From contig OY970309.1 of the NCBI GenBank assembly GCA_963716395.1, positions 2,281,365 to 2,345,364 of the forward strand: a stretch of DNA of 64,000 bases, in the 5' to 3' direction. Position 1 is the first letter of the stretch; every line of letters begins with the position of its first letter. Shown here piece by piece: positions 1 through 9,614 of the stretch. The stretch comes from an uncultured Fibrobacteria bacterium (GTDB lineage: Bacteria > Fibrobacterota > Fibrobacteria > UBA11236). Under the pieces are notes generated by a model. The model saw only the letters and a program-made list of their open reading frames with translations. It was not told where the DNA came from and did no database searches. The translations under genes were made by a program, and so were the position numbers.

Positions 1-682
1 TGAGATAGGGCTGATGCACGTTGAACGAGTAGTTGTAATACCCCGAGTCGGATTGGTCGGAATGGAATTGCAGGGCGAGATAGGCGCGGTTGCCGACCAT
101 GCGGCGCAGGTTCAAGGTGAACTGGTTGGTGCCCAAGGCTCCGCGCATCCAGTGGATGGAAGTGACGGGCGTATCCACGGGCAGCACCGGCGTCCATACC
201 TCTTCGAGTCGGCCCAGCGTGTCGACCCGGTCCCAGGGCAGAGAACCGCCCCAGCGATAGGGCGAGGCCGCCAGCGCGGGTTGATAAAAGCTTTGCGGCG
301 CAGCCTGCTCCAGCGATGCCAGCGAAACCAGGCCCGCGCGCGCGCCGGGAAATCCGATGTCTTGATCGGCCCAATGCAGGGACGTTCGCCAGCAATCTTC
401 CGGCACTTCCAGGGGATCGCGGCAAACCAGATCCGTTGAATCGGCCGGCCACGTCGGGGCGAAGGGATGTACTGCGGAGTCGGCGGCGGCTTTCAGCGAA
501 TCGGATTTTCCCGCCGCGGGGAGCGAATCGGATTTCGCCGTCGCACCGGGGGTCAGGGTGTCGCGGGCGCCGTGGCCTGCGGAATCGGCCGGCGGCATCT
601 CGGCTTTGACCGGAAGCGAATCCGCCGGATGCGGAACGGCGGCCGACAAGGCCACGGCGAAAGCGCCGGCCGCGCAGAACAT
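1..682 (-). CDS. Partial CDS (3' end beyond window start) for a secreted hypothetical protein. It has an N-terminal signal peptide (MFCAAGAFAVALSAAV) followed by DSLP-type low-complexity repeats.
   Basis: Hand translation of the minus strand from ATG at 682..680 gives an open frame to position 1. The hydrophobic N-terminus looks protein-like, the opposite-strand ORFs look antisense, and no clear Shine-Dalgarno sequence is present. The ORF is not in the supplied track because its stop lies outside the window. Confidence 0.35.
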   Translation of the reverse strand, partial: MFCAAGAFAVALSAAVPHPADSLPVKAEMPPADSAGHGARDTLTPGATAKSDSLPAAGKSDSLKAAADSAVHPFAPTWPADSTDLVCRDPLEVPEDCWRTSLHWADQDIGFPGARAGLVSLASLEQAAPQSFYQPALAASPYRWGGSLPWDRVDTLGRLEEVWTPVLPVDTPVTSIHWMRGALGTNQFTLNLRRMVGNRAYLALQFHSDQSDSGYYNYSFNVHQPYL

Positions 683-767
683 GGTGTTGCAAAATAGATT
701 CACGGCCGGCCGATTCGCGAGCAAGCGGCCGTCGGCGGAGATGCCGCGGGCGATCCGCGGCCGATCT

Positions 768-1103
768 TCAGCGGCCGATCAGGAGGCGGCGCAATTCCTC
801 CCAATTGTCGTCGAAGCGCAGGCCCTTATCATCGATATAAACGTCAGCGTAGATTTTTCGCGTGCCGAGATCCGCGCCCGGAACCGCCGCATTCACCGTG
901 TCGAAGGGAATGCCGTTTTCGATCATGAACACCCGTACGGCCCGTTCTTCTTCCCCGGCGCGGCAGGTCCAGATGGCGATTTTATGACCGGCCTTGTGCA
1001 AGGCGACAAGCGCTTCCTTGGCGCCGGGTTTGAGCGGTCCGATGGCGGGATAGCGGTGTTCGACCAAGGTCCCGTCGAAGTCCACGGCGATAATCATGCC
1101 CAA
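768..1103 (-). CDS. Small HAD-superfamily hydrolase/phosphatase (111 aa)
   Basis: HAD motif I DFDGTL at residues 8-13 (MGMIIAVDFDGTLVEH). Its compact size resembles phosphatase-only HAD proteins. It lies 26 nt downstream of the Ser/Thr kinase gene on the same strand. Confidence 0.65.
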   Translation of the reverse strand: MGMIIAVDFDGTLVEHRYPAIGPLKPGAKEALVALHKAGHKIAIWTCRAGEEERAVRVFMIENGIPFDTVNAAVPGADLGTRKIYADVYIDDKGLRFDDNWEELRRLLIGR

Positions 1104-1128
1104 TGCCCTCGGGGTGCATATCCGGCCA

Positions 1129-2124
1129 TCAGATTTCCAGAATCCAGGTGTTGAGGGCGTGCTGGAATTCGACCATGGAGCGGGGCCGTTTTTCCACGTC
1201 GCGATCCATGCAGGCCAGCAGGAGTTCGCGCAGCTTCTCGCCTTTGTGAAACGGGATTTCCGGCACCTCGGGTTCGACGCGCGCCAATGCCGCCAGGCCT
1301 TCGCTGCGGAAGTCGATGGCCTCGCGTTTGGCGAATGGATGCACGCCGGTGAAGGCGAAAGTCGCCATGCACGCCAGTGAAAAGATGTCGGTGCGGTGGT
1401 CGACCTGGTAATAGTCGCCGCCGAGCTGCTCGTAGGACATATGCGAGGGCGTGCCCAGCACGGTGAGATGTTCGTCGGCCACGTCGTCTTTCACATAGGC
1501 CCAACGCGCCGCGCCCAAATCGGTGACGAAAGGCTCCCAGCCGCGCACGATGATGTTGCTGGGCTTGAGGTCGCGGTGGATGAGGCCGCGAAAGTGCAAC
1601 TCGCCCACCACGCCCGCCACGGCGTTGATGAACACGATGCGGCGCATCAGCTCTTTCAGGTCTTTCGGCTTTTTTTTGATCAGGTGCAGAAAATCCGGAC
1701 CGTCGACGTATTCCATCATGGTGAAATAGTGGCGGTTGTGCAAATGCCCGTAGTCGTAGATCTTCACCACGTTGCGCACGTTCTGCGAGGTGAGATAGGT
1801 GTTGTAGAAGATCTCCGCGAGAAAGGTTTTGATGATGCGGTTGTTGACCATGGGCTTGTCGGAGGCGTACAGCGAGGGCCGTAGCACGCGCAGCACCACG
1901 TCTTGCACCCCTTTGCCGGTCACGGTGACATGGGGCGCGAGAAACACGTCGCAGAAGCCGCCCGATCCCAGCCAGCGGGCGATGGCGAAATCGGGATCAT
2001 AAGCGCGGAAATCCTCTTCCACCTGGCGGCGGTAGGTTTCCAGGGCGTCGGGCGATCCGCCTTCTTCCTGGCGGCCGCGGCGCGGAGTCAGCCAATTGGT
2101 GACGGTGGAGATGTGTAAATCCAT
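1129..2124 (-). CDS. Ser/Thr protein kinase (Hanks-type, soluble, 331 aa)
   Basis: Catalytic loop HRDLKPSNI, DLG (DFG-like) motif and a glycine-rich loop (GSGGFCDV). No transmembrane segment. Confidence 0.85.
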   Translation of the reverse strand: MDLHISTVTNWLTPRRGRQEEGGSPDALETYRRQVEEDFRAYDPDFAIARWLGSGGFCDVFLAPHVTVTGKGVQDVVLRVLRPSLYASDKPMVNNRIIKTFLAEIFYNTYLTSQNVRNVVKIYDYGHLHNRHYFTMMEYVDGPDFLHLIKKKPKDLKELMRRIVFINAVAGVVGELHFRGLIHRDLKPSNIIVRGWEPFVTDLGAARWAYVKDDVADEHLTVLGTPSHMSYEQLGGDYYQVDHRTDIFSLACMATFAFTGVHPFAKREAIDFRSEGLAALARVEPEVPEIPFHKGEKLRELLLACMDRDVEKRPRSMVEFQHALNTWILEI

Positions 2125-2228
2125 GGGGCGCCGCGCTGGTCAAAACCCAATGATATCAAAATTACCCCGGGTTTCTCCGGAGGTGCCTCAGCCCTTCATT
2201 CCGTACGGTTGCTAATTTGACGCACCGC

Positions 2229-3320
2229 ATGCAGGCTCCGGGAGAAACTCTGGTGGCGGTGGCCATGAGCGGCGGCGTCGATTCTTCGGTGGCGGCCCTG
2301 CTGTTGCAGCGCGCGGGTTACCGCGTGGTAGGGCTGACCATGAAGCTGTGGAGCCCGCCGGCCTGCGACGACACGGGCGACAAAACCTGCTGCACCGTAG
2401 ATTCGGCTTTGGACGCCAAGCGCGTCTGCGATCAACTGGGCGTGCCGCATTACACCCTCGACATGCAGGCCGATTTCGAGGATCGCGTCATCCGGCCGTT
2501 TTACGACGCCTACCGCCGCGGCGAAACCCCGAACCCCTGCGTCAACTGCAACAGCTTCGTGAAATGGGATGCGCTCTGGAAGCGCGCCCAAGCCATCGGC
2601 GCGCAGCACATCGCCACCGGCCATTACGCCGTGCGCGTCGAAGAGGAAGGCTATGCCTACATCGTGCGCGGCGACGATCCCAACAAGGATCAAAGCTATT
2701 TCCTTTGGGGCATTCCGCCGGATTCGCTGCGGCGAACTTTGTTTCCGCTGGGTGCGCTGACCAAGCCGCAGGTGCGCGTTCTGGCCGTCGAAGCCGGGTT
2801 GCGCACCGCACAGAAAAGCGAGAGCCAGGATATCTGTTTCGTGGCCAACGGGAATTACCGCGACTTCATCGCGGCGCGCGCGGCCGAACAAGGCCATGCT
2901 CTGGAACCCGGCCCCCTGGTGGGGCCGGAAGGCGAAATTTTGGGAGAGCACCGCGGGCTGGCGCATTACACCGTCGGCCAACGCAAAGGCTTGGGTGTAG
3001 CCGTGGGCGAACCGCTGTATGTGCGCCGCTTGGAGCCTGCCACCAACACCGTGGTGCTGGGCCGCGCCGCCGATTTGGCGGCCTCTGTCTTTCGCGCCGA
3101 CGGCTTCAACGGCTTCGGCCCGGAATGGACCGGCCGTGAACTGCTGGTGCAATACCGCTACCGCGCGACCGCGCGGCCGGCTTGGGCCGAACGCGGCGCC
3201 GGCGGAAGCGTGCAAGTTACCCTGCGCGAGCCGGGCATCGGCATCAGCCCCGGTCAGAGCGCCGTGTTCTACGACGGACGACGCCTGTTGGGCGGCGCGC
3301 GCATCCGTGAAGTGGGTTAA
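2229..3320 (+). CDS. mnmA: tRNA-specific 2-thiouridylase MnmA
   Basis: PP-loop SGGVDSS near the N-terminus, conserved Cys residues, and full-length similarity to the MnmA/TrmU family. The ORF track starts at TTG 2217; the first ATG is at 2229. Confidence 0.9.
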   Translation: MQAPGETLVAVAMSGGVDSSVAALLLQRAGYRVVGLTMKLWSPPACDDTGDKTCCTVDSALDAKRVCDQLGVPHYTLDMQADFEDRVIRPFYDAYRRGETPNPCVNCNSFVKWDALWKRAQAIGAQHIATGHYAVRVEEEGYAYIVRGDDPNKDQSYFLWGIPPDSLRRTLFPLGALTKPQVRVLAVEAGLRTAQKSESQDICFVANGNYRDFIAARAAEQGHALEPGPLVGPEGEILGEHRGLAHYTVGQRKGLGVAVGEPLYVRRLEPATNTVVLGRAADLAASVFRADGFNGFGPEWTGRELLVQYRYRATARPAWAERGAGGSVQVTLREPGIGISPGQSAVFYDGRRLLGGARIREVG

Positions 3321-3420
3321 GGTACTTCCGGTCTTGCGGCCTTCGACCGGCTCAGGCCGCATCGGTTGCCCTGGCCGCGGCTGTCGCGCTGGCTGAGCTT
3401 GTCGAAGCCAGCGACGGGTT

Positions 3421-4566
3421 TCAAAAACTCCAGTTCAGACGCAGATAAATCCCGTTGGCCGCGCCGTGCAGCCCCGCACCGGCGTAACCCGGATGTTGCC
3501 CGGCCAGTACCAGCGTCTGCGACAACAAAGTGAGATCCCAGTTCTCGGCCAGCGAATAGGCCAGGGTCGGCAAAATGACCACGGCCCCGGCGTCGGGGGC
3601 ATAGAGCAATCCCAAAGTGGGCGTGAACAGCGGCGTCACGGTTTTGCTGATCTGTCCGAACACAGCCCATTGCGAGGGAAAGGGGTTTTTGGCCGAGAGC
3701 CCGGTCGCGGCCCCGCTGAGCACGCCCGCCAAATCGCCCGCCCCTTGGCTGTTGAACAGCAGCGACCCCGACAGCCAGATGCCCCCAGGCAACGCCTCGT
3801 CGACTTCGGTCGTGACTACCACGGCGGCCGATCCGGAATCGGACACGGGTTCGAAAGCCGCGACCTCGCCCTTGAAGCTCGCTTCGCCCAGATTACCCGC
3901 CCATCCGAGGCCTTCGGCCGCATCGCCGCGCACCCAGCCGCCCAGCGCCTGAAAATCGTAAGTCCAGCGGTTGAAGCCCAGGCGCAGCGCGGCCACGGCT
4001 TTGTCTTGTGCGTCGATCTTGGCCGCGGCATCCAGGGTCAGCGGTCCGGGAAAGATTTGCAGACGCACCGCGTCGGAACCGGGGCGTTCGGGGTAATCGA
4101 AATCGAGAAAGTCGTAGGCATTGAACCAGTCATCGGGATTCCACGTGGTGGCCACGCCCCAATTCACGCGTTGCCGCCCCAGCGTCAACTGCCAGGCGGT
4201 TGCCTTCCATTGTGCCCAGGCGCGATCCACGGAAAGATTCCAGATCGCGCCGGTCTGATCCACGACGTTCCAGGATAAATCCAAACGCCCCGGGTCTTGC
4301 GACAACTGCGAGCCGAGACCGGCGTAATCCCGTACGGCATCGCCGTAATACAAACGGTTGCGGCCTTCCAGCGCAGCCGAAAAAGGTCCGGCCGGCGCGA
4401 AGCGCACGTTGAGCCGGTTCTGCACCCAGTTCAAGGCATGCAGCGAATCGAGGTCGTCGGAGAATTGCGCGCCCTGCACCGCATCGACGTAACCTTGCAG
4501 TGACAGGGGGCCCTCGGCTGCGGCGGCCAGGCCCAACAACCCGGCGAGGCTTGGGAGGATTTTCAT
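3421..4566 (-). CDS. Outer-membrane beta-barrel protein, last gene of the Lol-like ABC operon
   Basis: Signal peptide [17 protein letters not shown], alternating amphipathic strands and a C-terminal ...YLRLNWSF with terminal Phe typical of outer-membrane barrels. Its 4-nt overlap with the upstream ATPase gene suggests translational coupling. Confidence 0.6.
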   Translation of the reverse strand: MKILPSLAGLLGLAAAAEGPLSLQGYVDAVQGAQFSDDLDSLHALNWVQNRLNVRFAPAGPFSAALEGRNRLYYGDAVRDYAGLGSQLSQDPGRLDLSWNVVDQTGAIWNLSVDRAWAQWKATAWQLTLGRQRVNWGVATTWNPDDWFNAYDFLDFDYPERPGSDAVRLQIFPGPLTLDAAAKIDAQDKAVAALRLGFNRWTYDFQALGGWVRGDAAEGLGWAGNLGEASFKGEVAAFEPVSDSGSAAVVVTTEVDEALPGGIWLSGSLLFNSQGAGDLAGVLSGAATGLSAKNPFPSQWAVFGQISKTVTPLFTPTLGLLYAPDAGAVVILPTLAYSLAENWDLTLLSQTLVLAGQHPGYAGAGLHGAANGIYLRLNWSF

Positions 4567-5264
4567 CCCGCCTTTTGGGTTTCGTCGGCGGCGATGCGGC
4601 CGTCGACCAGGCGAATCACGCGATCGGCGCGTTCCACCACGCGCGGGTCATGGGTGGAGAATAAAAAGGTGGTGTGTTCTTCTTGGTTCAGGCGGCGCAT
4701 GATGTCGAGCAGATTCAGGGCCGAATGCGAATCGAGATTGGCCGTGGGTTCGTCGGCCAGAATGAAACCCGGCCGCGATGCTAACGCGCGCGCCACGGCC
4801 ACGCGCTGCTGCTCGCCGCCGGAAAGCTGCGCCGGCCGCTGATTCCGGCGCGCTCCGAGTCCCACGGCATCGAGGAGGTTGCGGGCGCGCTCTTCCCGTT
4901 CGGCGCGGGGTTTCCCCTGCAAGAGCAGGATGAATTCCACATTTTCGCGCGCCGTGAGCACGGGAATGAGATTGTAGGCCTGGAATACGAAACCGATATG
5001 GTGCAGGCGAAAATCGATGAGCTCGTTCGCGCCCAAAGTTTGCAGATCGCGGTTTTCCACGCGCAAGGTTCCCGAGGTCGGGCGATCGAGGCCGCCCAGC
5101 AGATTCAGCAAGGTGGTTTTGCCCGACCCCGAAGGGCCGATCACAGCGGTGAATTCGCCGCGCGCCACCGTGAGATCCACGCCATCGACGGCCTTCACCG
5201 GGACGGCGCCGCCATAAATCTTGGTGAGCCGGCGGGTTTCGATGACGGGAGATTCCGGTTGCAT
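4563..5264 (-). CDS. ABC transporter ATP-binding protein (LolD/MacB-type)
   Basis: Walker [13 protein letters not shown] signature LSGGEQQR and Walker B ILADEP. AAGGAAG Shine-Dalgarno upstream of ATG 5264. Confidence 0.9.
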   Translation of the reverse strand: MQPESPVIETRRLTKIYGGAVPVKAVDGVDLTVARGEFTAVIGPSGSGKTTLLNLLGGLDRPTSGTLRVENRDLQTLGANELIDFRLHHIGFVFQAYNLIPVLTARENVEFILLLQGKPRAEREERARNLLDAVGLGARRNQRPAQLSGGEQQRVAVARALASRPGFILADEPTANLDSHSALNLLDIMRRLNQEEHTTFLFSTHDPRVVERADRVIRLVDGRIAADETQKAG

Positions 5265-5283
5265 GCTTCCTTTCCCGACGCGA

Positions 5284-6501
5284 TCACAAGGATCGAATCG
5301 CCTCTACGGGGCGCAATTTCAGGGCCTGGCGGGCGGGCAAAAGCGCCGAAAGCACGGCGGTGACCGACACCAAGGCCAGGGTTTCGAAGTAATGCCGCAG
5401 CAGCAGTTTGGGGTAGACGAAGGAGTCGAAGCCGAACGACGAAAGCCCCTGCGCCCAATGCGACAGGTTGATGCCGGTGCGACCCAGCACGGCAGTGGTG
5501 AGCGCGGCCGCGCCCAACCCGAAGGGGCAGCCCGCGAACACGATGAACACGGTTTCGATCAGGATCATGCCGAACACGCGGCGGCGGTGCATGCCGAGCG
5601 CCATGAGCATGCCGATTTCGCGCGTGCGTTCCAGCACCGACATGAGCATGGTGTTCATGATGCCGAAGGCCAGCCCCAGCAAGGTGATGACGAGGATCAC
5701 CAGGATCTTAGCTTCGAAGCCGCTTTGCATGAAAGCGAGTTCCGGGGCCAATTGCCGCCAGCTTTCCACCACCAGCTTGGGACGCAGGGCCCGCACCGCC
5801 GCCACGGCCGAATCGACGGCGTCGCCCCGGCGCAATCGCACCGCGATTTCCTGCACGGCGTCGGAGTCGAGCCCCAGCAAACGGTTCAGGGTCGCGCGCG
5901 GCACGAAGACCATGGCTTCGTCGAAATGCGCGTCGGTGGATTTGTAGACGCCCGCCACGCGAAAAGCGCCCGCAGCCATGCCGCCCTGGGCATCCTGAAA
6001 GGTGAGCACCACCTTGGCCTGCGGCTTCAGTCCGCGCTTGCGGGCCAACGCCGCGCCCACCACGATGGCGTTGCGGCCGGATGCCTGCAGAAAGGCGCCC
6101 TGGATGATTTTGCCGCCCATTCCCGTGGTGGCGTTTTCCGCGGCGGCGTCCACGCCCCGGATTTCCACGCCCGCCGCCCCATGCGCCTCCGAGAGCATGC
6201 CGCGCGCCAAGGTGCGGGCCGACACCGCGCGCGTGTCCGCTCCCGCGCGCAGCCTCTGCGCCAGCGCCGCGCCGCCGGGAATGGTCCGGTCTGCCGTGAA
6301 TTCCGGTTTGAAGCCGGGCGCGTGGATTTGGAAATGCGAGACTTCGCCGTCGATGCCGGCGCGCACGTATTGATCGACCATGCCGTAGCCGAAGGCCATC
6401 ATGAACAAGCCCGCCCACAATCCCACCGCCACCGAAGCGATGAGCAAGGCGCTGCGAAAAGGGCTGCGCCACACATTTCTCCAGGCCAAAATCGCCAGCA
6501 T
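5284..6501 (-). CDS. ABC transporter permease, FtsX-like (LolC/E-type)
   Basis: N-terminal MLAILAWRNVWRSP... TM1, a large periplasmic loop and three C-terminal TM helices (FtsX fold). Confidence 0.85.
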   Translation of the reverse strand: MLAILAWRNVWRSPFRSALLIASVAVGLWAGLFMMAFGYGMVDQYVRAGIDGEVSHFQIHAPGFKPEFTADRTIPGGAALAQRLRAGADTRAVSARTLARGMLSEAHGAAGVEIRGVDAAAENATTGMGGKIIQGAFLQASGRNAIVVGAALARKRGLKPQAKVVLTFQDAQGGMAAGAFRVAGVYKSTDAHFDEAMVFVPRATLNRLLGLDSDAVQEIAVRLRRGDAVDSAVAAVRALRPKLVVESWRQLAPELAFMQSGFEAKILVILVITLLGLAFGIMNTMLMSVLERTREIGMLMALGMHRRRVFGMILIETVFIVFAGCPFGLGAAALTTAVLGRTGINLSHWAQGLSSFGFDSFVYPKLLLRHYFETLALVSVTAVLSALLPARQALKLRPVEAIRSL

Positions 6502-6505
6502 GGTT

Positions 6506-7720
6506 TTATTTCCCCATCGAGGCCAAGGGATCGAGGCGCCACACCCGCAGCGCCGGAATCACGGCCAGCGCAGCGGCCAGCACCAACACCACCGCGCCTT
6601 GGTCGAAAAAAATGAAGGGGTGGGTGGCCGCCGGCATCACCGGTTCCATGCCGAATTGCCGGAACGAGACCGCGGTCTGGCCCGTGAAGCGCAGCGGATG
6701 CGCCGCGAACCACAGCACCACCGGCAGGCTGCCGCCCAGGCCCGCGGCCGCGCCGAGGCCGATCAACCCCAGCGATTCGAGCAGCACCATGGCCGCCAGC
6801 CTGGTCCGATGCATGCCGATGGCGGCCAGCATGCCGAACTCGCGCCGCCGCTCATGCGTCATCATCAGCAAGGTGCTGAAGATGCCGAAGGCGATGATGA
6901 GATAGAGCACACCAATCATGATGGTGCCTCCGGCCTTGTCGCCGGCGATGGCCTGTTTGAGCTCGGGCAGCATTTCTTCCCAATCCATGACTTCGTAGCC
7001 TTTTCCCAGGGTTTTCCGCAGCGCGGCCCGCAGCATCGGCACGTCCCGGGCCGCGGAGGGCCGCGCCACCCAGGCCGTGAGGCGGCCGTCGGCGGCGAAC
7101 AGGGTTTGCGCCGCGGGCAAAGCGAGATACACCATGCGGCTGTTCAATTCCGGGGAACCGAAGCGCACCAGGCCGCGCACGGGATAGCGACCCGCGGCGC
7201 CGGCTCCGTGATAGCCCTGGCCCAGCAGAAACAAAGTATCGCCCACCGCCAGGTGCAATTGCCGCGCCAGTTCCTCGGCCACCAGCGCGCCGGCGTCGTT
7301 GCGGGCCAGATAGGAGCCGGCCGTGACGCGCGCGGCGAGATTCGTGATCTTGGTCTCTTTTTCCGGATCAATTCCAGCCACGGCCGCGGCCGTGGTCAGA
7401 TTGCCGGTCGAAGCCAAGGCGAAGGATTCGAGGCGCGGCGCCAAATCCATCAGGCCCGGCTGTGTCCGCAGCTTGCGCTCCAGCGCGGCGTCGGGGGCGA
7501 AGCTGTTGTCGAGCGAGCGGTCGTCCCAATATCCCGCCCGGTGAATTTGCAGATACCCGGTGTACATGCCGGCCAGGTTGTCGATCATGCGATCATAGGT
7601 TCCGAATTGCAGCGACCGCATGGACACGGCCAGGAGCACGGCGAAGAACACCGACGCCGCGGTGATCAGCGAGCGGTTTTTGTTGCGCCACAGATTGCGC
7701 CAGGCCAGTAACGCGATCAT
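6506..7720 (-). CDS. ABC transporter permease, FtsX-like (second copy)
   Basis: Paralogous to 5284..6501 (MIALLAWRNLWRNKNRS...) with the same topology. Confidence 0.85.
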   Translation of the reverse strand: MIALLAWRNLWRNKNRSLITAASVFFAVLLAVSMRSLQFGTYDRMIDNLAGMYTGYLQIHRAGYWDDRSLDNSFAPDAALERKLRTQPGLMDLAPRLESFALASTGNLTTAAAVAGIDPEKETKITNLAARVTAGSYLARNDAGALVAEELARQLHLAVGDTLFLLGQGYHGAGAAGRYPVRGLVRFGSPELNSRMVYLALPAAQTLFAADGRLTAWVARPSAARDVPMLRAALRKTLGKGYEVMDWEEMLPELKQAIAGDKAGGTIMIGVLYLIIAFGIFSTLLMMTHERRREFGMLAAIGMHRTRLAAMVLLESLGLIGLGAAAGLGGSLPVVLWFAAHPLRFTGQTAVSFRQFGMEPVMPAATHPFIFFDQGAVVLVLAAALAVIPALRVWRLDPLASMGK

Positions 7721-7723
7721 GCG

Positions 7724-8470
7724 TTAACGCAATCCCGTCAGATGGCGCAAGGTGAAGGTGTCGTCGGGGATGGGTTGATTGAACACCGCCGACCGATAGG
7801 TGAACACGGTTTTCTGGCCGGGCTTGTCGGCGGGGATCATCTCCAGACGCGTGGGCATGAGCCGGCCGCCGAGCGTTTTGATCTCCGACCCGATCAAGGT
7901 GTTGACCAAGGCGCCGTCTTCGTCGTAGAACTCGGTTTTGAGTTCGAGATAATTTTTGACGCCGATCCACAGGCGCACCTTGCCCCACACCACCGGCGCG
8001 CCCGGTTTGGGCTGCAAGTCGATCACCCAGCACGGCCGTCCGAGCAAGGTGTCGCGCCCCGCCATGGTTTGCACGTAATCGTCGACCATCGAGGCTTCTT
8101 TGACGAAATCGTCGTTGGTCATGTCGGTGCCCATCCACGACTGCGACATCATGGAGGGCGGCAGTTTGATGGTGCGCTCCAGCGCCGGCACCCAATTCCA
8201 CACTTCGCGGCCGCGCTTGAGAAAGGCCGTGCCCTGATCGTGGGCCGGCGCGGTGATGAGCACCAAGGCCAGGTCCTGGCCGCGCGACCAGGTCTTGATG
8301 CCGAGGGTGCGCGTCCAGGTGGGGCGGATGACTTCGATGGAGACTTCGGTGGTCGAGGTTTTGCCGCGCATCTGCAGGTCGGCCTGGCGCACGATGTCAT
8401 GGGCGTCTTGCGCCCGGGCGCCGGCCCACACCACCAGGGCCCCGGCCAATAAATTCCGGAAAGGAATCAC
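7724..8470 (-). CDS. LolA-like outer-membrane lipoprotein-sorting protein
   Basis: Signal peptide, and the motif MMSQSWMGTDMTNDDF characteristic of the LolA_like family. First gene of the operon with the FtsX permeases and ATPase. Confidence 0.7.
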   Translation of the reverse strand: MIPFRNLLAGALVVWAGARAQDAHDIVRQADLQMRGKTSTTEVSIEVIRPTWTRTLGIKTWSRGQDLALVLITAPAHDQGTAFLKRGREVWNWVPALERTIKLPPSMMSQSWMGTDMTNDDFVKEASMVDDYVQTMAGRDTLLGRPCWVIDLQPKPGAPVVWGKVRLWIGVKNYLELKTEFYDEDGALVNTLIGSEIKTLGGRLMPTRLEMIPADKPGQKTVFTYRSAVFNQPIPDDTFTLRHLTGLR

Positions 8471-8522
8471 GACGCGCGGAAAATAAAATATCCGCGGCGC
8501 TTCGGCCGGTTGCGAAAAATTT

Positions 8523-9614
8523 TCAATCGCTCTCGCGGGTCAGCACTTCGGTGGCGGTGGCCCGATTTTCGATGGTGGCAACGCTTTCATCCAGGCGGCG
8601 CAACGCTTCGAGCAGGAGCCCCATGGTATCGTCTGCGACGTTTTCGGTGGGCGGCGGTTCGTTCACGTTGAAATAGAAGACGCCGTCCTTCCAATGAAAG
8701 GCGGCGTACAGCGCTTCGGCGCCTTCCTGGTCATCCAGCAACGCGTAAATCAGGCGGCCTTCGCGAAAGCCGAAGTTCGCCTGCCGCAGACCTTCCTGCA
8801 CGTACAGCGATCCCGTCAGGCGCGAAGACAGAATCGATTGAAAGATGTCGGCGATGCCGAACAAGGCCAGGTTGCCGGAAATGCCCGGGGCCAGGAGCCG
8901 CGTCAGGCGCACATTGCTGACGCGGATGCGCTTGCTCAGCATGCGGTAGAGAATGATGCTGAGCAGGGGAAACTCCGACAGCAGGCGGTGGAATTCGGGG
9001 CGTGCCACCGCCAACAGCAGGCATTTCTCGGTGGCCTCGACGCGGTTGCTGGTGGCGGCGCCCGTGAGCAGCGACATTTCCCCGAAACAGTCGCCTTTGC
9101 GCAGCGTCGACAATTCGAGCACGCGGCCGTCGGCCCCCTGCGCCGTAACGCGCACCGCACCGGAGAGGATGACGAAGAAATATTCGCCGGCCACCTGATC
9201 TTCGAGAATCATTTCCCCCTTGCGGTAGCGCAGAACGCTGGAGCGTTCGCGCACGCCGCGGGCGATGGGCGCCGGCAACTGTTCGAGAAACGAAACGGCC
9301 AATTGCCCTTCGGAGGTCAGCATGTCTTCAAGTTCGTTGGCCGGCCGGTTCAAATCGCGGGTGCGGCAATAGGCCCAGCGGCAGGAACAATGCTTGAACC
9401 CTGATTCGAAGCGGCCTTCGTCTCCGGCGCCTTCCAGCCCCAGGGGCAGAAAGCTGGTGACGGGCATGATGCAGCCGTGCGTGCGATGGGAGTAAACACC
9501 CGGGAGACGTACCTGCAACGTGTCGCCCCGGGTATAAAAAGGACAATTATCAAGGCTTAGGGCCTTGAGGGCATAGGCCGTTTCGGGCTGTTCTTCGTCG
9601 TCACGGGCGGGCAT
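8523..9614 (-). CDS. Cyclic-nucleotide-binding domain protein with a C-terminal DUF4388 (PatA-N-like) domain
   Basis: cNMP-binding fold (GEMILEDQVAGEYFFVILSGAVRV...GDCFGEMSLL) followed by LSGNLALFGIADIFQSILSSRLTGSL, typical of DUF4388. The ORF-track start at 10331 is not credible because its R/P-rich N-terminus overlaps the giant gene. Candidate ATG starts at 9614, 9467 or 9323. Confidence 0.65.
   Translation of the reverse strand: MPARDDEEQPETAYALKALSLDNCPFYTRGDTLQVRLPGVYSHRTHGCIMPVTSFLPLGLEGAGDEGRFESGFKHCSCRWAYCRTRDLNRPANELEDMLTSEGQLAVSFLEQLPAPIARGVRERSSVLRYRKGEMILEDQVAGEYFFVILSGAVRVTAQGADGRVLELSTLRKGDCFGEMSLLTGAATSNRVEATEKCLLLAVARPEFHRLLSEFPLLSIILYRMLSKRIRVSNVRLTRLLAPGISGNLALFGIADIFQSILSSRLTGSLYVQEGLRQANFGFREGRLIYALLDDQEGAEALYAAFHWKDGVFYFNVNEPPPTENVADDTMGLLLEALRRLDESVATIENRATATEVLTRESD

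Noticed and set aside
2196-3362. 388-aa minus-strand ORF overlapping mnmA
   Set aside because: Antisense of mnmA, which has the PP-loop and full family similarity. The composition is Ala/Arg/Gly-biased.
5221-7711. Plus-strand ORFs 5221..6615 (464 aa) and 6401..7711 (436 aa) opposite the FtsX permease genes
   Set aside because: Arg/His/Gly-rich antisense translations, whereas the opposite strand encodes bona fide FtsX permeases.
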